Source: a virus
DNA length: 64,000 nucleotides
IMG/VR virus record: IMGVR_UViG_3300034107_001363
Span: 1-64,000 of that record
Strand: one strand, 5' to 3'
Of this stretch, positions 1 through 7,136 are shown one piece after another. Made by a program: the position numbers and the translations under genes. The notes beneath the pieces are model-generated. The model was given only the letters and a program-made list of their open reading frames with translations. It did no database searches and was not told the origin of the DNA. The stretch's first letter is position 1, and each line of letters opens with the position of its first letter.

Positions 1-123
1 TTCACACCCACACTCTGGCTCGTCGCTGGTTTTTACCACCTTGCGGGATAGCGCGATAAGCCGAACAAGGCGCTGATCTGAACCGCCATCAGACGGTTTT
101 TGGTTGTGACAGCTTTCACTCAT
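1..123 (-). CDS. Hypothetical protein, 5' part (runs off the left edge)
   Basis: ATG at 123-121 overlaps the end of ORF 116..553; MSESCHNQKPSDGGSDQRLVRLIAL... open to position 1. Confidence 0.6.
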   Translation of the reverse strand, partial: MSESCHNQKPSDGGSDQRLVRLIALSRKVVKTSDEPECGCE

Positions 124-150
124 GGCGGTCAGATACCTCGGTGTGCTTGC
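61..150 (+). repeat. attC-like imperfect inverted repeat 1 (R' degenerate)
   Basis: CCGAAC-AAGGC-GCTGATCTGAACCGCCAT ... ATGGCGGTCAGATACC with unpaired extra bases; GTG where GTT is expected. Confidence 0.6.
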
Positions 151-553
151 GGTCCTGGCGCTCTTGCTCTAGCTTTGCCTCAACCAGATCCGCGCGCAGC
201 CGGTAGGTTTTGGCGAATCCGACAAGCCGCTTTTCGTCGCTGCGGAGGATGGTGATCTGCTCCCGCTCGGCGGCTAGCTGTTCCTCCAGCTCCTCCAGCC
301 GGTCGGCGGCGGCGTCGAATATGCCACCTAAGTTGTATTGCCGCAGATCGGCGGCTAGTTCTTTGGTGTCGCAGTCGATGTCGGCCATGAGTTCGCACCT
401 GACGCAATCATGGTCATACCCATCGGCGTCGCGATAAGACGAACAAGCCGTCGCATCCGATGGACTCAACGGCTTCTCTTTGGCTGGCGGATTCCAGCAG
501 CCTCCATACATCTCGCACTTTTCCATGTCTTGGCAGTTTTCGCAGTATCTCAC
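116..553 (-). CDS. Hypothetical phage protein (Cys-rich N-terminus, coiled coil)
   Basis: 145-aa ORF coupled to its neighbours; shares AADRLEELE with ORF 550..912. Confidence 0.7.
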   Translation of the reverse strand: MRYCENCQDMEKCEMYGGCWNPPAKEKPLSPSDATACSSYRDADGYDHDCVRCELMADIDCDTKELAADLRQYNLGGIFDAAADRLEELEEQLAAEREQITILRSDEKRLVGFAKTYRLRADLVEAKLEQERQDRKHTEVSDRHE

Positions 554-596
554 GGCATTGGCTTTTCAGTTGCGTCCACGGATGGACTTTGTTCGT
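439..596 (+). repeat. attC-like site 2
   Basis: ACGAAC-AAGCC-GTC(G)CATCCG(A)TGGACTCAAC ... GTTGCGTCCACGGATGGAC-TTT-GTTCGT; AAC/GTT core and two extrahelical bases. Confidence 0.7.
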
Positions 597-912
597 TCTC
601 CCAAGGGAAAAGGAGTCTAGCTGGTGATGCCTTTTCGATCTCGCCCGCGAGCCTGTCCGCAAGCGCCCGCTCGGCAGCTAACTCAGCAAACGTCTTTTTT
701 TCCAGATCAATCACCTCGCGGTTTAGTTGCGTTTGAAAATCGAGCGATTGAGCGGATTCGGCAAGCTCTCGCTCAAGCTCTTCCAGCCGGTCGGCGGCTT
801 CGTCGATAACCGCGCCGACCCACGCGGCTGACGGCTGGTCTAGCGTCTCGTTGCCTCGCCTCCACGCGTTGTATTCGCGGAGCTGGCTGCATAGGTTGTT
901 GGTCGGTGTCAT
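550..912 (-). CDS. Hypothetical phage protein (coiled coil)
   Basis: 120-aa ORF; LREYNAWRRG motif typical of small phage proteins. Confidence 0.75.
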   Translation of the reverse strand: MTPTNNLCSQLREYNAWRRGNETLDQPSAAWVGAVIDEAADRLEELERELAESAQSLDFQTQLNREVIDLEKKTFAELAAERALADRLAGEIEKASPARLLFPWENEQSPSVDATEKPMP

Positions 913-926
913 GTCGTTTCGTGGTT

Positions 927-976
927 AGAACTCTGGGATGCACCGGACGCCGTTGCACCGGTGATCTCGCTGTTCT
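927..976 (+). repeat. attC-like site 3 (compact, intergenic)
   Basis: AGAAC-TCT-GGGAT(G)CACCGG ... CCGGTGATCTC-GCT-GTTCT. Confidence 0.7.
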
Positions 977-977
977 C

Positions 978-1226
978 TTAATCCAAGACGGGCGGAGTCT
1001 GTTTGATCCAGCGTGTCCCGGCGTCCGAGCGCAGATTGATGTTATCACAGCGCGTCCAGCAGCCGCCAGTGGTCCACGCCAGCACACGCTCTTGCACGGG
1101 TTCGCCAGCGTCTTCCCAATAGATCATTTCGGCCTTGCCAATTTTCCATTCGTCGCCGTGCTTTCCGCGATAGTGACGCCACCACCACCCTTCCGAGTCC
1201 GGGCGGATTTTCGCTGTGTTTTTCAT
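978..1226 (-). CDS. Hypothetical phage protein (Trp-rich)
   Basis: 82-aa ORF in the coupled minus-strand run; stop codon abuts attC-like site 3. Confidence 0.65.
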   Translation of the reverse strand: MKNTAKIRPDSEGWWWRHYRGKHGDEWKIGKAEMIYWEDAGEPVQERVLAWTTGGCWTRCDNINLRSDAGTRWIKQTPPVLD

Positions 1227-1432
1227 TGGTCGTTTTCAGGTTTCCACCAGTCGGCAACTTCGGTTAGATCTTTGGTATCAGGCTGCTCGATCATCCCTGC
1301 CAGACGGCAGAGTGATTCCGTTTCCGCTTTCTGCATTTCAAGCGCGGCTTCGATGTCGCCTTTTTCGGCGGCGTCCCATTTGAGTTGAGCGAAGCCGTGA
1401 GCCTCGGCGTTGGTTATCTCTTTGTTATTCAT
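1223..1432 (-). CDS. Hypothetical protein
   Basis: ATG at 1432; ATGA overlap with the next gene. Confidence 0.6.
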   Translation of the reverse strand: MNNKEITNAEAHGFAQLKWDAAEKGDIEAALEMQKAETESLCRLAGMIEQPDTKDLTEVADWWKPENDQ

Positions 1433-1487
1433 GGCTTTCGGAAATTCAGAGAACAAGGTGGCCGGTTAGAACTTTGATCTTCCCTCT

Positions 1488-2003
1488 TTAATCAATGCTT
1501 GAATTGCCTGAGGCCCATGCCTGCCAAATGATGATCATGTCCCGGACTTCCTGCGATTGCACGTAGAGGTTATCGAGTTCTTGCTTGGCTTTGGTGGCTT
1601 GCTTTAACGATGAATTTGATCCGTCATCAGCGAAAGTGGATGCTGCATCTAGGCAAGACAGGATCTCACTGACGATGGCGTGCATTTCCACGGCTTCGAG
1701 CCATGCTTCTCGCAGTTGGTCTCCGCAGGGTATTTTGGGGTTGGTTGTTTTCATTTGGTTGGATGGTGGGTTAAGAGCCAAAATTGCCTTGTCGAGTTTT
1801 TGGCGCTCGTCTTCAGGCATCGACTCGTAGGTGGCTCGGATGGCCTCACTGAGTGAGACAGCTTCATTGAAGCTATTTGGCATGGTGGTTTCTTTTGGTC
1901 CTTTGACACAGAACTGGTGCTTCCAAGGCCCCCTGCCAAAAAACCCACGGAAAGTTGGTTGTCCTTTCACGATGGGTTCTTGGCAGAGAGGGCAAATTTT
2001 CAT
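1488..2003 (-). CDS. Hypothetical protein (N-terminal CxxC...HxxC zinc-finger-like)
   Basis: 171-aa ORF; CPLC...HQFC. Confidence 0.6.
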   Translation of the reverse strand: MKICPLCQEPIVKGQPTFRGFFGRGPWKHQFCVKGPKETTMPNSFNEAVSLSEAIRATYESMPEDERQKLDKAILALNPPSNQMKTTNPKIPCGDQLREAWLEAVEMHAIVSEILSCLDAASTFADDGSNSSLKQATKAKQELDNLYVQSQEVRDMIIIWQAWASGNSSID

Positions 2004-2182
2004 GGCTTCAAGGTATTAACTTCGCAGGAGTCGCATCCCCAAAAAGCCTCATTGTCTTCAGTCTCGGCAATTGTTCGCCAGCGCTGCTCTAGTCCATCGA
2101 GCAGGATCTTGAATGGAATGTCCTCAAACTCCTCCCATGGGCCCTCAACGCTAAAGGCTACGTCAACAAGGAAGTTTCTCAT
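2000..2182 (-). CDS. Hypothetical protein
   Basis: 60 aa; ATGA overlaps on both sides. Confidence 0.6.
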   Translation of the reverse strand: MRNFLVDVAFSVEGPWEEFEDIPFKILLDGLEQRWRTIAETEDNEAFWGCDSCEVNTLKP

Positions 2183-3159
2183 GATGCGAGCATGGCTTCT
2201 CCGGCCTTGACGAACTTGTCCCAGTCACGCTCGAAGCCTTCCATCACGAAGCGCTTGACCTGTGCGCCGGAACCGAATTCGGACGAGTAGAGCTGGTTGC
2301 CAGCTTCGCGCGAGGACTCGTGGCTGTAGAACTCGGTGATGCCCATTGCAGCGTCCAGCCGGGTGCGGCCGGAGTTGCCCTTGCCGCCGTCGAACAGCTC
2401 GACGATGCGGGCGGTGCGCTGCTTGATCGAGTTGCTCAAGTCCTTGGCATTTCGTGTTTCCACGCCAGTTACCCAAGCACGGGCTTCGTCACGCGAGCAG
2501 GGCTCCTTGTCGGACGTTTCCATCAGGTGCTGGAAGTAGGCCGAGGTTCCGGCGAAGGTGTCGAGCGCGTCGATGACCTTCTGGATGTTGCCGTCGAGGT
2601 TGCCGGAGTGGCGGGCCTTGCCGACCACGCTGCCCGCCTGCAGGTTGGCAAGGAAGGTGTTGAGGCAGACCGTGACGATGGAGGAGTAGACCGCCGTAAT
2701 CGAGCAGCTTTTGTCGAAGCTGTCGAGCAGGGTGATGTAGTCCTTGACGATGCGGTCTCCGACCCGGAAGCCGTCGGTCACCTTGATCGAGGCGAACACC
2801 TTGCCACGGTTGTCGGTAGTGCCGGCCGAGATGACGGTGTAGGGGGTTTCGCCCAGTCCCTTTTCGAGGATGTTCCAGAAGCCCGCAATGGAGCTTGGTG
2901 TGTAGCTAGGGGCGAACGGGTCGCCGACCGGCAGGAAGTCGTCGGTCGCGATCAAACGACGCCAGTTGGGGTCTTCGATAATCTTGTCAGGGACTTCCCC
3001 GAACGGGTCGTTTGACGGGATGCGGTAGCAAAGCGGGGTGGAGACAACTTCGAACGGGGTCGAGTTTTCTTTCGTTACCTCCGGTACGATGTTGGTGAGA
3101 CGGTGCCAGGCGTTTTCTAGTCCGCTCTGGATGTCGCGATTGGTGAGTCCGTGGGCCAT
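2179..3159 (-). CDS. DUF932 (phage/plasmid TIGR03299-like) protein
   Basis: AWHRL N-terminus, DSFDKS...VCLNT, RHSG and GRT...AxxGITEF motifs. Confidence 0.8.
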   Translation of the reverse strand: MAHGLTNRDIQSGLENAWHRLTNIVPEVTKENSTPFEVVSTPLCYRIPSNDPFGEVPDKIIEDPNWRRLIATDDFLPVGDPFAPSYTPSSIAGFWNILEKGLGETPYTVISAGTTDNRGKVFASIKVTDGFRVGDRIVKDYITLLDSFDKSCSITAVYSSIVTVCLNTFLANLQAGSVVGKARHSGNLDGNIQKVIDALDTFAGTSAYFQHLMETSDKEPCSRDEARAWVTGVETRNAKDLSNSIKQRTARIVELFDGGKGNSGRTRLDAAMGITEFYSHESSREAGNQLYSSEFGSGAQVKRFVMEGFERDWDKFVKAGEAMLAS

Positions 3160-3187
3160 GGTAGGTTCCTTTCTTGGTGTTGTTGGT

Positions 3188-3499
3188 TTAGAGAAGCCGT
3201 GGATTGTTCCAAGGCTGGGATTCGACGAGAGACATGAGTCGGGCGATTTGGGATTCCAGCTCGAACAAGCGTAAGTGGATGTCGTTTTCGGACTTTTGCT
3301 GGTTGCTTTTCCAGCCGAGGTCTTGCCGGATGCGGTTATACATGCTTTCGGACATCACAAGGAATCCGGCTTCCTTGAGCGTTTTGATTCCTTCGCTGGC
3401 ACTTTGGCGTTCCAGCGTTTCTTTGTTGTCGCTCATCCATTGCATCACCTTGAAGGTGTCGGTTCGGTTGAGGCGGGTTATTTTCTTTTGTGTGTTCAT
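3188..3499 (-). CDS. Hypothetical protein (possible HTH)
   Basis: 103-aa ORF; first gene downstream of the hairpin motif at 3551. Confidence 0.65.
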   Translation of the reverse strand: MNTQKKITRLNRTDTFKVMQWMSDNKETLERQSASEGIKTLKEAGFLVMSESMYNRIRQDLGWKSNQQKSENDIHLRLFELESQIARLMSLVESQPWNNPRLL

Positions 3500-3550
3500 G
3501 GTGTTGGGGGCCCTTTGCGGGCGCGATTCTTCACAGAGAAGTCATCAAAA

Positions 3551-3569
3551 TCTCAAGCGCGAAGCGCTC
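3551..3569. promoter_or_regulatory. Conserved TCTCAAGCGC-GAA-GCGCTC hairpin/operator motif (copy 1)
   Basis: 19 bp identical to 16531-16549; core also at 7113-7125; all three lie upstream of minus-strand operons. Confidence 0.65.
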
Positions 3570-3634
3570 AAGGAAAAGGAATTGAACTTGGCCACCCGCT
3601 GCGTCCCCCCCCGGAGTGCAGCCGATGACCAAGC

Positions 3635-4120
3635 TCAAAGTTTGCGTGCAGCCCGCTCGTCGTCACCGACCTTGGCGTGGCATTCGTGGCACAAAATTTG
3701 GTAACCTTCAGATTCGATGTAAAGCCGTCGGATTACTTCACTCCAGTCGTATCCGAGGAAATGGTTGCCTTCTGCCCAGTCGTGCTGAAGAGGAATGACT
3801 GGTTCGGTATGGTCTGCATGAACTCCGTTTTGGGGAAATTGGCGCTGACAATGCTGGCACTGGTGTAGTTTGCACTGGCGGCCGGTTGCCGGGTTGGTGC
3901 CATGTCCTACAAAGGCTTTTTTGAGGGCTTGGTGGCGCTGTGGCCACTGGGCACGACGAAGGGCGGACATCACGAAGCTACGCATCCGTGCAAGGGTCCA
4001 TTCGCCTCCATTGAACGGACGCTCAATCCCGCTCCGGGGAGTAGGTCGCTTTTTTGCGAAATGCTTGGGCTTTTTTGTGGTAGAGGCCGGAGCCTTTTTT
4101 TTGCGTCGGAAGGGCATCAA
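3635..4120 (-). CDS. HNH endonuclease
   Basis: SALRRA..WP; CQHC...HADHTEPV...YQILCHECH zinc-HNH pattern. Confidence 0.8.
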   Translation of the reverse strand: MMPFRRKKKAPASTTKKPKHFAKKRPTPRSGIERPFNGGEWTLARMRSFVMSALRRAQWPQRHQALKKAFVGHGTNPATGRQCKLHQCQHCQRQFPQNGVHADHTEPVIPLQHDWAEGNHFLGYDWSEVIRRLYIESEGYQILCHECHAKVGDDERAARKL

Positions 4121-4364
4121 AATTGAGCTGGTTTAGCTTGTCGGCAATGGTCTGCAAATTGGCCGCTGTAAGCGGGGTAGTGTCCAAAATTGCCATTGGG
4201 TAAAACGACCATTGTCCTGATTGTTCATCAAGCCGAAACTCTCCTAGTTTCAATCCTACCATCCACACGACATCGGTGAAGCCAATGGCTTGCACCGTTG
4301 TTTCTGCAAGCTTGCCGTCAATCCATTCAACGGCTCGGTAAGTGAATATAGTGATAGGGTTCAT
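4023..4364 (-). CDS. Hypothetical protein
   Basis: 113-aa ORF directly after the ncRNA region; 3' end overlaps the HNH gene. Confidence 0.55.
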   Translation of the reverse strand: MNPITIFTYRAVEWIDGKLAETTVQAIGFTDVVWMVGLKLGEFRLDEQSGQWSFYPMAILDTTPLTAANLQTIADKLNQLNFDALPTQKKGSGLYHKKAQAFRKKATYSPERD

Positions 4365-4384
4365 GGTGTTGGTTTTGAAAAAGG

Positions 4385-4581
4385 TGAGAAAGGCCGGTCT
4401 TACCCCGGCTCTAGGCTGATCGGGCCCAAGATCTACAGCATTTGTTTGAGTTTCACGCCGCCGCGTTACTATTTGCGTCGGGAATTAACGGATGCGTTAT
4501 CCATTAACCTCACCCGATAACTGACTCAAACCTCATACTGCGACTCATCTGCGTGTCTAAGAATTTCCACGCCGCTTTCTC
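4385..4581 (-). ncRNA. tRNA-like RNA with a ~140 nt insert in place of the anticodon arm
   Basis: 7-bp acceptor GAGAAAG/CTTTCTC followed by ACC; D-like stem GCGTG/CACGC; T-like arm GCCGG-7 nt-CCGGC; internal helices. Confidence 0.6.
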
Positions 4582-4654
4582 ATTTGGAAAATGGTGGCCT
4601 GTCCGGATCGGCATTGTGAACTCAACTGGCTCTTGAATGGCGTACGGCCAGTAA

Positions 4655-4823
4655 TCAGAGGAGCTTAGTGGTGGGTTTTCAGCCGCAGACCATTGGGTCC
4701 GGTTACCGTATCCGGTGCCAGCTTGACGCTACTGGCGGTTCCACGGCTTGCGCCGTGCCTAAGGCAGCGTCTTTCCGCTGTGTCACTGCACCTGTTTTGT
4801 CAGGAGGTAGTCAGCTTCTCCTT
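4655..4823 (-). ncRNA. Multi-hairpin structured RNA segment
   Basis: Consecutive hairpins CAGCG/CGCTG, CACGGC-GCAA-GCCGTG, GCCAG/CTGGC, CCGG/CCGG and GACC/GGTC; no credible ORF. Confidence 0.5.
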
Positions 4824-4923
4824 ATGTGGCGGGAGGATTCGAACCTCCGGACGTTGATACGTTGCAGCACGCATCCCCGTTCTATCTGCATCAACCTTAG
4901 ACCTGTCTCGGTCACAACCACAT
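4824..4923 (-). ncRNA. tRNA-derived RNA with canonical D and T arms but no anticodon loop
   Basis: TG-ACCGAGACAGGTCTAAGGT D arm; GGAGG-TTCGAAT-CCTCC T arm; bulged acceptor; TTGATGC/GTATCAA stem enclosing 27 nt. Confidence 0.65.
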
Positions 4924-5021
4924 TCCAACCCCCGATCAGGTCGCTCACCGTAAGCAGTGCCCTGCGAAGGTGCCCTCACTGCGGAGGCTGGAATGAGGTG
5001 ACCGCTTACGGCGGTCAGTCG

Positions 5022-5086
5022 TGGGCGGGGATGGACGCCACTCCATCTTTCTCGGCTTAACCGGACAGTTCCGGCTTCTCCCGCTC
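5022..5086 (-). ncRNA. Possible minimal tRNA-like element
   Basis: GAGCGGG/CCCGCCC acceptor-like stem; CCGGA/TCCGG and GATGG/CCATC arms. Confidence 0.35.
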
Positions 5087-5092
5087 AAAATG

Positions 5093-5410
5093 TCATTCCG
5101 GATTGTTGGCTGTCCGCCAAACCCGAATCACGGAACCGTCAAGCCGAGCGATAAACTTGGCTTGTGGCTCGTAGTTTTTGGCGTATTGCCGACTGCTCAG
5201 GATCACTGACGACAATTGACGCTGGGCATGGGAGGAATCATGCAAGGCAGGGAAGGAGAACGAATCCCCGGGTTCCAATTCATGGAATGGAAACACCGAC
5301 CGTTTGGTTGGAATTTCTTCTGGAATTGGAATGTTTCGTTCCCGAACGATTTGCTCCCGCTTGATCCTTGAGATAATTGGGCGGGATGGCTTTCTTGATT
5401 TGGTGCTCAT
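5093..5410 (-). CDS. Small phage DNA-binding-like protein (FPF..LEPGDSF...RVWR family)
   Basis: Motif pattern common in phage proteins; ATG at 5410 follows the SSB stop. Confidence 0.65.
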   Translation of the reverse strand: MSTKSRKPSRPIISRIKREQIVRERNIPIPEEIPTKRSVFPFHELEPGDSFSFPALHDSSHAQRQLSSVILSSRQYAKNYEPQAKFIARLDGSVIRVWRTANNPE

Positions 5411-5417
5411 CCGGGCC

Positions 5418-5966
5418 TTAGAAAGGGGCAGGTTGTTCGCCAAATTCGCTAGACTCCGGTGTTTCGCCGGTTTCGGAGTAGTGGGCATACACCTTGGCAA
5501 GCTGGAGGACCAAGGCTTGGGCGGAGAACACGTCACCACCGACACCCATCGAGGTTACCAGCGCCGTGGCGTGGGCAAGGCTGTTCTGGCGGATGATGGT
5601 AGAGTCCTTGGGAGTAACACCGGCAGGGCCGTGTTGGGCTGCAGGAGCTGCGTGAGCGGCTTGCGAGGGATCTCCCCCTGCAACTGCCAGCCCGTTCTCA
5701 CCGGACAACTGTGGAGTGCCCTTGTAGTCGCCGCGCTTGAGCGGTCCTTGCAGAGTGATCGTCTGGCCATCTTGGATGGGTAGGGAAGCGGCGGCGCCCC
5801 ACAAGGAGACGGCAATTTGGCCACTGCCGTCGGACAGCGTGATGTTGCGCATCATCTTGCCGGTAGAAGTAGCTTTGGCTGGCCACTTGGCTTGCGCCGT
5901 GACATTTTCGAGGGACATCACTTGTCCCCCGACAGGAGTGCTGATTGCTTGGAATACCGTAGGCAT
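5418..5966 (-). CDS. Single-stranded DNA-binding protein, RPA-like OB fold
   Basis: LSDGSGQIAVSLWG...GQTITL...YKGTPQLS; IIRQNSL helix; acidic tail ending in PF; adjacent to an exonuclease. Confidence 0.75.
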   Translation of the reverse strand: MPTVFQAISTPVGGQVMSLENVTAQAKWPAKATSTGKMMRNITLSDGSGQIAVSLWGAAASLPIQDGQTITLQGPLKRGDYKGTPQLSGENGLAVAGGDPSQAAHAAPAAQHGPAGVTPKDSTIIRQNSLAHATALVTSMGVGGDVFSAQALVLQLAKVYAHYSETGETPESSEFGEQPAPF

Positions 5967-6032
5967 TGTGTTGTTTGGTTATGATTCTTCCTTTTCTCCG
6001 GAAGTGGGGAGATGGTTGCTGCTTTGCTTGAT

Positions 6033-6045
6033 TTAGCTAGGCTAA
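6033..6045. promoter_or_regulatory. TTAGC-NNN-GCTAA palindrome (representative copy of a dispersed motif)
   Basis: Exact copies also at 8426, 9585, 16834, 19153, 21065, 25152, 27471, 31162 and 46769; 1-mismatch copies at 14833 and 39577. Confidence 0.75.
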
Positions 6046-6047
6046 AT

Positions 6048-6251
6048 TTACTGGATCACGCCGGGGATGTGGAGGGTCAGCTCGTCGCCGAAGACTGAGC
6101 AGCGGTAGCGCGGCCGCACTAGGTCGAATAGACGCTGAGCGTTTTGGACGGTGCCGCACTGGATGAACAAGTCGTTCTTAAGCCGGGACAGCTGATCGGG
6201 ATCGACCTTGAGGTCTTCCAGCAGATTCTTGATGTCGGCTGGCAGGTTCAT
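6048..6251 (-). CDS. Hypothetical protein
   Basis: 67 aa; coupled to the exonuclease gene. Confidence 0.6.
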   Translation of the reverse strand: MNLPADIKNLLEDLKVDPDQLSRLKNDLFIQCGTVQNAQRLFDLVRPRYRCSVFGDELTLHIPGVIQ

Positions 6252-7093
6252 TCCTCGAAGTTGGGTTCAGCTGCAGACTCGCGCTTGAATTGAGGACAGT
6301 GCATGTGGAAGCCGCAGAAGTATTTGCAGAAGGTTTTCTCCCCTTTGCGCGTCTGGATGATTTGCCCGGGCTTTTTTTCGGCTTCAGCTTCGGCTAGCGT
6401 GGCGCACAGCTTGGAAGCGCGCTTTGCTCCCGGCTTCATCAGGGCAAAACTGTCAGGTTTAGCCCATTGCTCGTCTGGTGTGCAGGGACGGGGGTTCCCA
6501 GCCACTGCAGCAAGGTGTTCAGGAATTCTTGTCAGGAACTCTTTCTCGGCACCTACAGAGTCGTAGTCGGCAAGAAATACTCGAAACGGGCTTTTGGGGT
6601 AGGCTGGGTTGACGGTGCTTTGTAGGTAGGACCAATCGCGCTGGAGGTAAACCACAGCCACTTGGTTGACTGGCACGCCGTTGATTGAGGCTAGGAAGCC
6701 ATTCATCTGGGCTTGGGCCCGGTGGTCAGGTTTAGCTTCTTCTTGGGTTCCTCCCGTCACCTTGTAGTCGAAGATGGTGCCGTTTTCGTAGAAGTCGATT
6801 TGACCGGAGACTACGGTGTCGAGGATGGTGTGGAAAAAACGCTCTTCCGCCCGCTCGCCGTTGGTCAGGTCAACGTGATGCTCTAGCACGGAATGCACTG
6901 CAGTGCCCAGCAAGGCGGCGAACGACGAGTAGCCGCTTTCCACTTTGGTTGAGAAGGTGCCAAGGTAGGTCCGCTGAGGAGGGGACAACAAGCCTGTTAC
7001 CGAAAACTGGGAGTGACCCTTGTTGTAATTGTCACGGTTGAGCGCGCGCAAGAACGGGGTAGGGAAACTCACGAGGTCTTTTCTTAATTCCAT
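6248..7093 (-). CDS. Cas4-like PD-(D/E)XK exonuclease
   Basis: SVTGLL, GTAVHSVLE, EERF, GQID, DYK, Q..N motifs and C-terminal CxxxC..C. Confidence 0.85.
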   Translation of the reverse strand: MELRKDLVSFPTPFLRALNRDNYNKGHSQFSVTGLLSPPQRTYLGTFSTKVESGYSSFAALLGTAVHSVLEHHVDLTNGERAEERFFHTILDTVVSGQIDFYENGTIFDYKVTGGTQEEAKPDHRAQAQMNGFLASINGVPVNQVAVVYLQRDWSYLQSTVNPAYPKSPFRVFLADYDSVGAEKEFLTRIPEHLAAVAGNPRPCTPDEQWAKPDSFALMKPGAKRASKLCATLAEAEAEKKPGQIIQTRKGEKTFCKYFCGFHMHCPQFKRESAAEPNFEE

Positions 7094-7112
7094 AATCTTC
7101 AAAATAATCACC

Positions 7113-7125
7113 AGCGCGAAGCGCT
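7113..7125. promoter_or_regulatory. AGCGC-GAA-GCGCT motif (copy 2)
   Basis: Lies between TCGACA and GATTAT on the minus strand, upstream of the exonuclease. Confidence 0.6.
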
Positions 7126-7136
7126 TTGTCGAATCT

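Noticed and set aside
4824-4923. Functional decoding tRNA or tmRNA
   Set aside because: No 7-nt anticodon loop and no tmRNA GGGG 5' end or G3-U70 pair; reported as tRNA-like instead
4668-5060. Plus-strand 130-aa ORF across the structured region
   Set aside because: Antisense to the operon with a non-protein-like sequence; RNA structure explains the region better
6248-7093. CRISPR-Cas locus suggested by the Cas4-like gene
   Set aside because: No repeat-spacer array or other cas genes; stand-alone phage exonuclease
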